Below, one piece after another: positions 1-12,296 of a stretch of 64,000 nucleotides of DNA (position 1 is its first letter; every line of letters starts with the position of its first letter). This DNA is from Antedon mediterranea (taxonomy: Eukaryota; Animalia; Echinodermata). The notes beneath the pieces were generated by a model. That model was given only the letters and a program-made list of their open reading frames with translations. It had not been told where the DNA came from and ran no database searches. A program made the translations under genes and the position numbers. The stretch is from assembly GCF_964355755.1 (NCBI RefSeq), contig NC_092675.1:3281812-3345811 (forward strand). The letters are read 5' to 3'.

Positions 1-453
1 TTGATACAATGTTTGCTATATTTTATCACTTCTTGATATTACTTAATAATTTGTTAAAATATTTTTGTTTCATGTATTCGAATAAATGCGGTATGTTTAA
101 AAGTAGGCCCATACCTGGAAGAAACATTTAATATAGAAGAAGTCTTGGAAGGAATTTTTCAGCAATGATTTAAATCTAATCATCAACAAAAACTTTTAAA
201 TAATTTAGTCCCATGGGTTTTAGGTAAACCAAAATATTCTCAAGTTGAAACTACAGATTCTAAATAAAGTGAAACATAAACAGACTATATTGACTTACAG
301 TTTTAACATTTTGAATAGGTGGCGTCCTTTTAAGGCTTTCAATTACAATGATGTATGGATTAGTTATAGTAGTGACTATCCACCACTTCCGTTAGTGGAA
401 CAACCAATTTTCAGATATCACTAAATCAATTAATAATAAATTACGGTACTTAC

Positions 454-547
454 CTACAGAGAACCAAGTAAAATGCAATAGAACTAAATACAATGTATTA
501 AAGTCCGATTTAAAACATCTTAAAAGTACCACCAGAAGTGCCACCAT
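454..547 (-). CDS. Possible first coding exon (hydrophobic, signal-peptide-like) of a gene continuing beyond the left edge
   Basis: ATG at 547 reads MVALLVVLLRCFKSDFNTLYLVLLHFTWFSV and ends at a strong phase-1 donor TAG|GTAAGT (453). No downstream exon could be identified. Confidence 0.25.
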
Positions 548-1326
548 GACTGTGTGTGAAATGAGGTCTAATAACTGCAGTAGTATCTGTTGATTCTGGT
601 TTTCATAACTCTCTCTTGTCTTCCATTGATTTCTTATAATACCAATAGCCTTCAATTAGAGGCGTCGAGGCCATAGCATAGATTTCTGTCTGTTTTAATT
701 ACATGCTTAAATGAATGTTTTGATAATTTATGTAATAAGAAGTCTGGCCGGTATTAATTTAGAAAATACGTGAATTTGTCAACGTTATTGACGGTCTTAC
801 GAGAACATAGAAAACGTGAATGTCGCCCTCTTTTAGAAAGAGCAGACCGGTTGAATTGTGTAATCACAGATTTGACGTACGTCATTGAGAACTCGGATAG
901 GCCTATACAGGCATGGTTTTCCGCAGTAGGCACTTATATTCAAGAGGACGGAATCATTAGGAAACTATATCACACGTGAAAGCTATATTACTAAGGTTGA
1001 CAGTTTTGGGATTTTGTAAACTTGACTAATTTATAGGTTTATGCTGCTCGACTCAAATCTGGTTTAAAAAAAGTGCAAAATAAGTTGGTGGGTGTATGGT
1101 AGATAATATGTAATACCATTTGTGAACATAAAAATCTGAAATATATACAAATATCTGTAATACATTCCATTAAACAACATAAATGAAGGCCTACATTTTA
1201 CAGAGCGTACACGAACCCGTATAAAACACATAGGTACAGGCATACAGTTTACGATTAAACCTATTTAATATTGTGCAAAGAGATATTTAATATGTTACTA
1301 ATAATGTTTTCATGTTGGTATTGAGC

Positions 1327-4097
1327 TCATCTTTCTTGTTCTATTGGTCGTATAAGAATGTCATGAATCTGTATAAAAAAGAAAGAAAAAACATATTGTT
1401 ACATTGGTTGTGGTTGTTGGTGGGAAACAGCGCGTTTCTTTAAAATAAATCGTAGGCCTACCGTAATATCATAATTCTACAATCTGTCTGTTGGGAGGTA
1501 GAGGTAATAAAATGAGCCAGTATGGTTTGTTATGGGGATCCGCACGCTTGAATAATTAAAACTACAGTGCTATCTTTATAATCTTACGATTAGACCTGGC
1601 TGACATTATGCATAATTGCAAGACAGCAGGATTTTGAAAACTCGGTAATTCTTAGAAAATGTTTTTGTATGATGGTCAACCTAAAACTACAGGGACATTT
1701 GAATTGAAATGTTAGTAAATAAACATTTTTTAGGAAAATAATGTGTAGCTGTTACTTATTATAGTGAATCATAAACTGGCTCAGCTTACCCCAGACTCCA
1801 CTTTAACAGTTTATCCATTTATTTATTTATTTATTCAACGTTGTTTTACAAGGATAGCTTTAGCAGCAGTAGGCCTACAGCTGACTTGAAGTTCACCTTT
1901 TATTCTAGGCCTATGAGTATATGAAATCGGTGTAGGTCCTATATAAGTGGACATAAATACCTGACAATAAGATGGAGCATGTAAAGCATGAACCAACGAG
2001 TTTGCGATATCGTCAGCTTCAAGATTCTAAAAAGTTAAGCGATACGTTACGACATGATAGGCCTATGTTCGCTGCACAAAAATAAATACAGTAGTTCAGT
2101 CCTTTCATAGTCAATCTGGAAGTAATTGGCATTACCTTCATTTGGTTGTATATTTCATTCCCTTCTTCGTCCCCATGTGTTCTGATTGCAAACTCTGTTC
2201 TTACTATTCCCGGAGAAATGCTCTACACAAAAATGACATTTTCTAGCTCAATATGTTATTGAAAATGTCATTGATACAAATAAACTTGACAATGAAATAC
2301 GAATTGATGGAGATAATTATTTTTATAGACGTGAGCCTGTTCAACACAAACTCACCGTGACTCTAATGTTAGATTTCTTTTCACGTAGTTCTTGGCGAAG
2401 TCCTTCCGTCATGGCTGTAACCATGTGCTTTGTTCCAGCGTAAAATCCTGAACCAAATACTCGATGTCCACTTAAACTATAAATTCAAAATATAGTTTTA
2501 ATTAACAATTGGTTGGAATGTCTGACCAGGAAAGATTTTTATTCTAATCTTGATGACATAGGGTTATAATGCTAAGTAATAATGGCACAAAGTGAGTCAA
2601 AGAGTTTAGTGTCTAGAGCAATTGCAGATACCGTACCGGTACCGGAAGACCAGCATTTTAGATATGATATACTGTAGAGCCTACATTAGTCTGGGTTCTA
2701 GGCGGGGTTTTGATTTAATATTAGTAAAAAGATAAATAGTTTGGCACAATATGGCGTTTCATACGTATACTACTTGAACCAGGCCCGATTTCAGGTTTAA
2801 ACAAACATCGAAAAACCTCGAAATAACTACAGAGACTTGGGGCAAGTTTAGGCCTACATGTTTGTTTGCCTGCCTGTACTTACGCATACCTGTTAATGTG
2901 AAATATGTGACCGTCGTCTATGCCTCTCTCTGTCATTTGATAAATAGACTCTCTTGTACAGATGGCAAGAGCCATAACGTTGATCTAAAGTAAAAACAGT
3001 AATAATGTTCGTAGTATATTGAATGGATATACCATAGTATTTCGTCACGTGATATTCAGTGACCCTCCCAATGTGAATTTACTTTTCTATTACTTGTCAT
3101 ATTAATTTAGGCCTTTAAATGACAACTGCAGAGGGCATATAGGCCTACTGAAAAATAAAAATAATTGGTATCATTCACAAATAATAATATAACAACTTAT
3201 ATAGCGCACATATCCACTAAAAGTGCTCAAGGCGGTAATATGAAAGACTTACTTCAAGCATATACCGCCAATATTCTGTTTTTCCAGACGTAAGGGCACT
3301 ACTCTCGACCAAAATACCAGCATTGTTAACACAAACATCAACTCCACCAAATTTCTCCTTGATCTCGGAGAACATATCAGTTATTTCGTCCTCTTTACTG
3401 ACGTCACATTTTATTGGATGGAGTACACCAGGAGCATGTGGTTTCATTTCGTCTGCAATTGCCTTAATAATGATGGCTTTTGTAAATAAAAACACAGAAT
3501 TTCTTCTAAAAACAATTCTGTCTACAGAATTATTTAAAAATAGGCCTTCAAATTACATGAACATAATTTCTTTTCGAACTACAGAATTTCTGCAAGGTAA
3601 AAATGGTGTTTACACAATGGCTGCATTTTAACATTATACATGTCCCAAATGGCGCCCCGTACGTTGCAATGCCGCGATGCTAGGTTCTGATTGGTAGATC
3701 TCAACAATCCTTACCGGCTGTTACATTGGTGAAATCTGTTCATTCTGTCCATATGTTGGTGAAAATTATTAATGAAATAATTAAAATGACTACTTAGATG
3801 CATTTACCTGTACATTTGGTTTAATAAACATATTGTGATATATAGATATTTTTTATGTTCACCATCAAAAATTTTGAAAACAAAATCTATCTGGATGAAA
3901 TTAGTCAAGCTTACGACTTAGGACAGTATTGTAGACGATTTTGGCACATGATACCCTACCTTGACTTTATCGATACCATTGTTAGCACACCCTACTACAG
4001 TCATGCCATGTATAACTAACTTTCTTGCTATAGCAGCGCCAATCCCTACAGATGCACCAGTTACTAAAGCTAAACGTCCAAACCAACGTCCTGCCAT
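1327..4097 (-). CDS. DHRS11: Short-chain dehydrogenase/reductase, DHRS11-like, intact copy A (7 exons, 252 aa)
   Basis: Exons 4097-3960, 3462-3253, 2984-2890, 2476-2356, 2222-2136, 2026-1961 and 1368-1327 all have GT-AG boundaries and sum to 759 nt in frame. Motifs: TGASVGIG (Rossmann), CDV, VNNAG, DDGHIFHINS, catalytic YAGTK, SISPG, IHDILIRP. Confidence 0.92.
3181..3234 (-). mobile_element. Short LINE/SINE 3'-tail remnant (second copy at ~44586-44627)
   Basis: ttatatagcgcacatatccactaaaagtgctcaa preceded by (TAA)n-like sequence occurs here and at ~44596. The pattern is typical of reversed retroposon 3' ends. Confidence 0.45.
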
Positions 4098-4839
4098 GTT
4101 TATTACTTTGCGACAACAGTGTGGCCAGTGATATGATATGCAAAAATTAAGGACAGATGGTAGTTTGTGCCATTAATGCTTTTCTGTTCTAAGAATAATT
4201 ACCATAATATGGCAAAAATGCAATAATAAAAACACAAACAATTGTAAATAAATATAAATTAATTTATTCTTTTTAAATGCATTTTTTCATGTTTTATAGG
4301 CCTACCGCTAATAATTTTACGATAATTAATAAATTACGCATAAATAACAATGATAACAAATTGGTCGATTTAACCTTCGGTCCATCATTTTGAAAAAAAA
4401 CAAAACAAAATAAAATAACACTGACCAGTAGAGAGTAGGCTTACAATTACATTTCTGTATTTTTCTCAGAAATGTCGCGTTTTTGTTGATTTAACAATTG
4501 ACGATATACAGTCAAGCATTATTGGTAAGCGTTCGCACCGGGACGGTAACAAAGGGACGGTAATAATACAGCGTGATGGTTATTTCCTAGCTTATACGCA
4601 TGCGCAGATCAATATTTTATGCAAATTACCGATTCCTTTTCGTCTATCGTCCTCTTTCGTTTACAAAGGAGGACAACAATGTTCAACTTCTGCTAATCTA
4701 TAGATTAGAACAAAGATTGAAATGAATATACAGACCTCGGATTGTCTTAAAACGATAACACTATAATAATAAACTTTAATAAAGTATATTTAGTTTTAAT
4801 TATAACATTGTATAACCAGAATGATAATTATTCCTATAA

Positions 4840-5010
4840 AGCGTGGTTCCCACTAGCGACGCAACACAAGGACGTAACGCAACGCAAGTGAATTGAACAA
4901 TCACATCACAAGCGATGGCTTATTCGCTTGTGATTGCTAACTGTCTATAACTTTGCATGTCATTGGTTAAAACGCTTGCGTTGCGTTTACGTTCTAGTGG
5001 GAACCAAGCT
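4840..5010. mobile_element. MITE, GGTTCCCACTAG family subtype A (PIF/Harbinger-like)
   Basis: TIRs AGCGTGGTTCCCACTAG / CTAGTGGGAACCAAGCT, flanked by TAA and TTA; near-identical copies at 15906 and 45134. Confidence 0.85.
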
Positions 5011-5280
5011 TTAGAGGCATGAAGCGGACACATGCAACGTTCGATGGTGTATAATTTAAAACAATATTTTTTTAAAGAAATAGAACTAAGTGATAGCAAT
5101 TATTGCTAAAATTGATACATTAAAAGCAAGCAACAGGTATTTACAAAAGAGACTCTAATAACATTCAAAGTATAACATTTGTTGTACTTAAACCTGTTTT
5201 CACTAAAATTTAAAAAAAATTCTTTTCTTTCTCAATAAAATTGGCCTAAATAATATAGATAAAAAAAGTACTTTAAAGTA

Positions 5281-5418
5281 GAGCCTTGCCTACACTATCA
5301 AACTGTATGTGACAAAACATGTGTCGATGTCGTATCACTACCATATTTAAGCATATCACTACCATATTTGGGCACATCACACTGTTTTGTCAAACTAGTT
5401 TGATAGTGTAGACAGAGA
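5281..5418. mobile_element. Small MITE with CTACACTATCAAACT terminal inverted repeats
   Basis: ctacactatcaaact ... agtttgatagtgtag inverted pair; a related partial copy lies at ~22095-22190. Confidence 0.6.
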
Positions 5419-5569
5419 TTTAGAAATAGTTTGTGGGAGCCCCGCACCGAAGAAAATGAACGGTAATTATACGAACTCTCTACAAAACTTTTACAAATGG
5501 TTGAAATGATTATTATGTTATTAAATATAAGATGTCATTATTTTCTTTTTGATATTGTACTCATCTTTC

Positions 5570-7520
5570 TTATTCTCTTGGCCGTGTAAGAATGTCATGA
5601 ATCTGAAAAAAAAAAATATATCGTTACATTGCGACTATCCGTGAAGAACGACGAGCTGTCCTATCGTAAAGCTATACATTCACACGGAACGAAAGACGGC
5701 TCCGTGTTTTTAAATGGAACATCAAAAGATAAAAAACCTCTCAGTAGTGAGGTTTTTGGGGTAAAATGACCCGGTAGGTAAAGGGATACCCCAATCAGTG
5801 ACATCTGTGGAGTTTCATTGCTGAAATTGGAAAACAAATTTACCTGACAATATGAAGGAGCAGGCAACGTTCGAACCAAATAGTTCGCAATATCATCAGT
5901 TTCAAGATTCTAAAGAGAAAAACACATTAAGCGATAGGTTATGCTATAATATGCCTACTAAATTGGAAAATCTAATAGCACAATTGATAAATTTACAAGG
6001 CAATAAGAAGGAGCAAGTAACGATTGAACCAAAGAGTTCGAAGTATTATCATATTCAATGTTCTATAAAAAATAGAAGAGATAGGTTATGAAATGATAGA
6101 TCTTTTGAACTGGAAAGTCTATCGTAATAAAATGGTGAAAAACAAAGGTACCTGGCAATAAGGAGCATGTAAAGCATGAACCAAAGTGTTTGCAATATTA
6201 TCATCTTCAAGATTCTAATAAAAAATAATTAAACAATAGGTTATCGAATAATCTATTTAAAAGAGTAAACTTGACGATAAAAAAGAAATGGATGATGATA
6301 TTTTTAAACTAAATCTTACCGTGACCGTAATTCTAGATTTCTTTTCACGTAGTTCTTGGCGAAGTTCTTCTGTCATGGCTGTAACTAAATGCTTTGTTCC
6401 AGCGTACAATCCTGAACCATTTACCCTATGTCCACTTAAACTGTAAATTCAACATTATATTTAATTAAACTTATTCTTTGGAGAAGATAATATAGGCTAG
6501 ATAGTGTAGTACCGAAAACGGCTTCGTCTACTGAGGCCTACCGAGAACGCTTCAAAGGCGTGTATATCTATACTGACCTGTTTATGTGAAATATGTGACC
6601 GTCGTCTATACCTCTCTCTGTCATTTGATAAATAGACTCTCTTGTACAGATAGCAAGAGCCATCACGTTAATTGCCTATAAACCAATAGACCAATGTTGT
6701 ATTAATTGATTGGATACACCACTTTTACCACTTCGGGACATATCTAGCTGGTAGATTTATTGGACAGAATAATAGGCCTGGAGTCTAGCAACGTCTGCAG
6801 TCTTGTTTCTATGCAAAGGGCAAATTGTGTATAAGAACATGTGTAATGGTCCACAGTGATTTATAACTTACATCCAATATGTATCGCCAATTTTCTATGT
6901 TTCCAGACATAACTGGGCTATCAAACGGAAGAACATGAGCATTGTTAACACAAACATCAACTCCACCAAACCTCTCTTTGATCTCAGAAAACATGGCCTT
7001 AATGTCATCCTCTTTACTGACGTCACATTGTATTGGATGAAGTACACCAGAAGCATGGGGTTTCAGTTCGTCTGCAATTGCCTTTAAAATAAGTGTAGGC
7101 CTAAACGTATAAATAATAGATAATAAAAATATTAATAAATTCATTATACAGCTTTGTGTACCAAAACTTTGCGATGTCGCGATTTCATGTTATGTTTCAT
7201 GTGATGTCGGTAAATACCATTAGTAAATTCCTACTACTGTAATTAATTATCTGTACATTGTGTTTATAATGATATCATTTTTTTGGAATGAAAATTTTGT
7301 ATTACCAAAATTCTTGTCTAGATGAAATACACATGCCGGAACTTTTAAGAGAGTGTTATAGCAGATTTAATCACTACCCTACCTTGACTTTATCAATACC
7401 ATTATTAGCACATCCTACTACAGTCATGCCATGTATAACTAACTTTCTTGCTATAGCAGCGCCAATCCCTACAGATGCACCAGTTACTAAAACTAACCGT
7501 CCAACCCAACGTCCTGCCAT
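5570..7520 (-). pseudogene. DHRS11: DHRS11-like copy B, rearranged (exon 5 absent, exon 6 triplicated); pseudogene or divergent paralog
   Basis: Exons 7520-7383, 7081-6872, 6675-6578 and 6440-6320, then three exon-6 homologs (6214-6152, 6062-5997, 5909-5844) and last exon 5602-5570. No SISPG exon lies between 6320 and 6214. NNAG has become NNAH, YAGTK is retained, and CAA>TAA trims the last 3 residues. Confidence 0.8.
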
Positions 7521-8588
7521 GTTCATGTCTTTGCGACAACAGTGTAGACGTGCGATAGATAGTACAATAAGGGCAGATGGTGATATGTGGTATTAACGAT
7601 TAATTATTCTAAATCATCAAGGATAATTACCATATAATATGGAAAAAATAACAATTAAAGAACAATATACAAGATTGAAAATGAATATAAATTAATTTAT
7701 TCTTTAAACAAAATGGATTTCATTTGTAGGCCTAGGTAACGAAATTAATAATTTCAATCCATTACTCTTAAAGAAATAAATAATCTGTTAAAAAATGTGT
7801 TGGCAAAGTGGTTAGTTATTCCAGTTTAAATTTTTGACAATTTAGCCAAAGAATCGTAGGCCTACTTCATGAATTGGGTGCGTAACAATTGTTTTAGATT
7901 TATGACGATAGAACAAATATTGCTTTGTTGATTGTATTATTCAACTTCGTACTTCTTATAATAAAATACAATACGATATCTAATTTTCAGGAACAGAGGA
8001 TAGATGATGCTGTATATAAGGTGTATGGTGTGTGCCTGAAGGAGACTAAGAGAACATAACAGAACGGTAAGGTGTCAATGTTAAGTGTGCATCTGTAGAA
8101 ATGTGAATAATAAAGTGTGCTTCTTTGAATGTCTCTATGATGGACTGGGCTCTTCTGAAACTGTTGAGCATATCAGCTTCTAGTGTTCTTTAGCATATAT
8201 GTCTTCACATCATTTTGTAAGCTTAACTTTTAGTCCTAAATTTGTCTAGGTACTTTTTAATAGGTTGATTAATGATACATTAAATGATGGATATGGTTGT
8301 CAAAAACCTGCTTATAAACTGCCATTCCGTAATTGTTTTACAGGGTTCTGATGTATTTAACTAATTTCTATTTGTTTTTATTTATATAATAATTCGTTTA
8401 ATTTATAAGAATCAATATTTGCAGTATCATCACATTCAGTAAAAGATACACTTAATCTAAAAAATCTATCCACAAAACCACTACTAAAAAAACAATTAGT
8501 TTTTGAAATAATATAACCATTAATTAAAATTCTTGTGCGTTAAAAGTCTGTCGGGATGAAATTAGAGTAAATATTGGCACTACCCTAC

Positions 8589-8725
8589 CTTGACTTTATT
8601 GATACCATTGTTAGCACACCCTACTACAGTCATGCCATGTAAAACTAACTTTCTTGCTATAGCAGCGCCAATCCCTACAGATGCACCAGTTACTAAAGCA
8701 ACCGTCCAACCCAACGTCCTGCCAT
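8589..8725 (-). pseudogene. DHRS11: DHRS11-like copy C: orphan exon 1 with 1-bp frameshift
   Basis: Highly similar to exon 1 of copies A and B, with ATG at 8725 and donor AAG|GTAGGG, but 137 nt instead of 138. It reads MAGRWVGRLL-stop, and no exon 2 lies between it and copy B. Confidence 0.85.
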
Positions 8726-9560
8726 CTTGTGACTGGTGTTGGCAATGGAAATTAAGGACAGATGATAAATTCTCATTCAATCATCAAGGCTTTGTTGATT
8801 ATTACCATAATAAAACTAACATTAAAATGGTATATAGTATAGAAGAATAACCTTTATAAAGTAATTTAACTTTATATTAAATTTAGTACCGGGTAACAAT
8901 CAATCAATTACACCTAAATCAAAGTAAACAATGTAGAAAACGAAACAATTGTAGGCCTATTGCAAACAGGTTTATGCAGATAGTTGTACGTTAGATGTTC
9001 TTTTAGGTTGCGTATAAATAACTGTGGTCTCCCCGACCAAAATTAGAGGGCTGCCTTTTTGAATGGCCAGCATTAGCCTTTAGACAGGTGTTCCGCAACC
9101 TTTTTGACCACGACCCCATGATCCTATTTTGGGAATTTTCGCAACCCAACATTGCGTATTTGACCTTATAGAAACACCCACGCCCCCATCGGCATCATCT
9201 TTACAATGTTCTAAACATTAATTGTTCCTTATTTGCTGACATTTATTTGTGTTCTTAAAATTGAGGGCGCTAAGCATAACATTTACGAGATGGAATCCAC
9301 AGGGGATAAACAAAATTAAGTGACCAATTATTATTGTCCTCTCTCTACATCTGGTAATGTCGTGGACACGACCTCAATGCTGTGGCAGAGACATTTTGTC
9401 GTTTCCAAGGCATCACCAGATGCATTGACTTGCTTTTGTGGTGGAACGGGGGGACGTACTATTCTGAGCTCGAAAGCTTTTCCACCACGACCCGCATCCG
9501 TGTTGTTATCACGACGCTGCTCAGTCTGAGCTAACCGGCGTCAGTGTGTTTACTGTGCAT

Positions 9561-10404
9561 ACAGATACAGATACAGATTCATTTATTGTTCAAAATATTA
9601 ATGGAAATTACAGTGCTCATAAACCTTGGCTTGCCTAACATAAATATAAATATAAAGGGGACTATCTAACAAATTTAATTTGCTATATGTTTGTGTATTA
9701 TGTTTAAGTAATTGTGGTTTCCTTGTTTATTCTGTTATATTTGTTTAGGAGTTTGCCGTCTCGGTACTTTTTTGTTTTTTTATCCTATTGATTTTATATC
9801 AGAATAAAGAAATAAAAATAAAATAAAATAAAATATCCCAGCTGGGTAGAACGAGTACTTGTAACGGTCCGTCTGCGCATTCACCGTCCTCATCCTACCA
9901 CTTCTAACGATAACGGAGCCGATAATGTCCTTATGAAGAGGATGGTTGGTGTCTTCCAATATAGCATGGAACACATCGGCAAGACGTTCGCTGTAGAAAG
10001 AGTCGAGCGTTTGCACAGACGAACCAATTACTTTCCCCGCTCTACCCAGCATCTTTTCAATTCGGTCTTTATCCCCTTTACTGATATTCCCAGCCCAGCC
10101 CAACATACAATAACCCCAAATAGATAACATCACTGATGAGTAAAACATTTTACAAATATCCTGCTTTACTCCAAACGAACCGAGTTTCCTCAGGCAGTAC
10201 AGCCTTGTATTTAACTTCTTAACTATATGGTCAACATGATCCCCCCATTTAAGCTTACAGTCAAATACTACTCCCAGGTACTTATAATTGTTAACAATCT
10301 CTACTTCCTTTCCTTTAATGTATACCGGGTCCATACTGTCAGACCTATTGTGTTTTCGAAAATCAATCCGCATTCAATCGTTTTATTTATGTTTAGTTCA
10401 AGAA
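9561..10404 (-). mobile_element. 5'-truncated non-LTR retrotransposon (CR1/L2/Rex-Babar group), C-terminal reverse transcriptase region
   Basis: ORF 9780-10373 has RIDFRK...YKYLGVVFDCKLKWGDHVDHIVKKLNTRLYCLRKL...HPLH...RYKYSF, with frameshifted NFLELNINKT upstream. The 3' end has AATAAA followed by an (ATCTGT)n tail at 9561-9587. Confidence 0.9.
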
Positions 10405-10773
10405 AATTCTAGTATAGTAGTATTGTAGTTTTTGACACCAAGGCAAGCAGGTCTTGGTACACTGATTTGTATTGAATAGATACAGGATCGACAGAACCTT
10501 TATTTCTCCAATATTAAACACGGAAGAAGCGCTCATTTCTAATTACCCAATACCCAATCCCAATTTAAAATGTTTCAACGTCAGTATGTTTACTGTGCAT
10601 CAATTCTAGTATAGTAGTATTGTAGTTTTTGACACCAAGGCAAGCAGGTCTTGGTACACTGATTTGCATTGAATAGATACAGGATCGACAGAACCTTTAT
10701 TTCTCCAATATTAAACATGAAAGAAGCGCTCATTTCTAATTACCCACAATACCCAATCCCAATTTAAAATGTT
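10405..10773. repeat. ~170-bp near-identical direct duplication (10405-10574 and 10602-10773)
   Basis: aattctagtatagtagtattgtagtttttgacaccaagg...cccaatttaaaatgtt occurs twice with few differences. Confidence 0.9.
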
Positions 10774-10889
10774 GTTGTTAGAGTCACATTCTGGAAGTGC
10801 AAAGACCTTTTTTTACGACGAATAGGTCATAAGCAGTAGCTCAAAAGAGGCCTAGAACCATGGATTTCGTTCCCACCTCGTTAGTATGT

Positions 10890-12296
10890 TTACTGTGGAT
10901 CAATTCTAGTATATTTAATTGCATTTCCATTTGTTTTTGATATTCGAAACTGATAAGAATCAACAATAGTTACAGTGTCATCTTCAGTCATATCTACACT
11001 TTTAATCTCTGGGAGTTTTAAACATGCATCTGCCGAACAATCTCTTTCTCCTGGGCTCGTGGTTTCTTCTGCCTCATGACTTGATTCTTTTTTACTACTA
11101 TGTAGAATTGGAAAATTTTCAAACTTGAGCGAATTTTTAGGGATATCGTTCATTGCATGATTTTGTATAGCCGGTACCTGTTCAGAGCTATCGTTTACTA
11201 AAGATAAAGATAAGGGTAAAGGTACTTCTTCAATGTTTTGGTCATTTTTTTCCGCTGTGATGTCAACCGTAAAATCATCTTCATGAGCATCAACAGTATT
11301 CTGTGAGCACATAGAAGTGCATTCTCTACTGGTCAAGTTACTTTGTTCGAAATCTGAATCCTCACTATCTACATGACACGAAGGTAAATTGAATCGAACG
11401 CGTTTTTTTCGTTTTTTAAGTCTTTGAAGCTGAAGTTTTTTCCTTTTTTCCAACATTTCACGAATTTCTTGTTTTCTAAATTTGTTTATATCTGTAGCTG
11501 AATCCGTAAGAGGAATGCCTTCATTCTCCCGAACGTTTAGCCGATCGAGATTGATGTGTAGAGGGTAATTCGGTACAAATATTTCGCCTTCAGTTGTACG
11601 TTTATAAATAGGTTTCAATTTTCCGCCTGGTATTCGCTTAGGTATGTGTGATTTCAGTTCTTCTTCCATTAACTCACTGTATAAAAACTGTTTTCGGACG
11701 GGGTGCCTTCGTGCAAGTTCTCGCTCTCGAAGTCTTTCAGATTGACTCCACCGCCTAGCCTTTCTTACTTGTTCGCGTTTCTGTCCCTTTTTAGCTGCTT
11801 CAGCTTCTTTTTTTACTTTTAATTTAATTTCTTTTCTTTTTCGTCTTCTTGGAGGTGTTGGTGGAGCTTCTGGAAAATGATTTGAATTTAGAAAAGATTC
11901 TACGCTCACATTAGGATATGGATCAATGGAAATGCTATGCATATCGTCATCGTATTCATCATCTGATTGGTCAGAAGTTTTAACGTCACGCGTGCTTAAG
12001 TATGACTGAGTTGAATTTGATTGGCTAGCCATAAGTTCACGGTAGGATACCAAGTGCGGTAAACTTATTAAGCCTGTAGAGAGCGATCGTTGCCTCTTCG
12101 CGCTTTCTAAACCTCCACTTCTGTTAGCCTCTTCCGACTTGCTGAGTCTCATTCGACTGTTATCACCGCTTGTGTGCTGGAACGTAGCTTCAGTCACAAG
12201 TTTTGGAAGATAGTTCCGACTGTAATCCTCAGTTTTATGCAAACTAGTTTTATCCAGATAAATGGAATTATTCATGATTGTATTGCGTAATACCAT
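10890..12296 (-). CDS. Intronless 468-aa ORF, unknown protein (low complexity, with basic and acidic tracts)
   Basis: 1.4-kb non-repetitive open frame from ATG to TAA in AT-rich DNA; basic clusters PPRRRKRK and KKRKKRVRF; no domain recognised. Confidence 0.7.
   Translation of the reverse strand: MVLRNTIMNNSIYLDKTSLHKTEDYSRNYLPKLVTEATFQHTSGDNSRMRLSKSEEANRSGGLESAKRQRSLSTGLISLPHLVSYRELMASQSNSTQSYLSTRDVKTSDQSDDEYDDDMHSISIDPYPNVSVESFLNSNHFPEAPPTPPRRRKRKEIKLKVKKEAEAAKKGQKREQVRKARRWSQSERLRERELARRHPVRKQFLYSELMEEELKSHIPKRIPGGKLKPIYKRTTEGEIFVPNYPLHINLDRLNVRENEGIPLTDSATDINKFRKQEIREMLEKRKKLQLQRLKKRKKRVRFNLPSCHVDSEDSDFEQSNLTSRECTSMCSQNTVDAHEDDFTVDITAEKNDQNIEEVPLPLSLSLVNDSSEQVPAIQNHAMNDIPKNSLKFENFPILHSSKKESSHEAEETTSPGERDCSADACLKLPEIKSVDMTEDDTVTIVDSYQFRISKTNGNAIKYTRIDPQ

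Noticed and set aside
3323-8850. Plus-strand ORFs at 3323, 5852, 7288 and 8590
   Set aside because: Antisense shadows of DHRS11-like exons.
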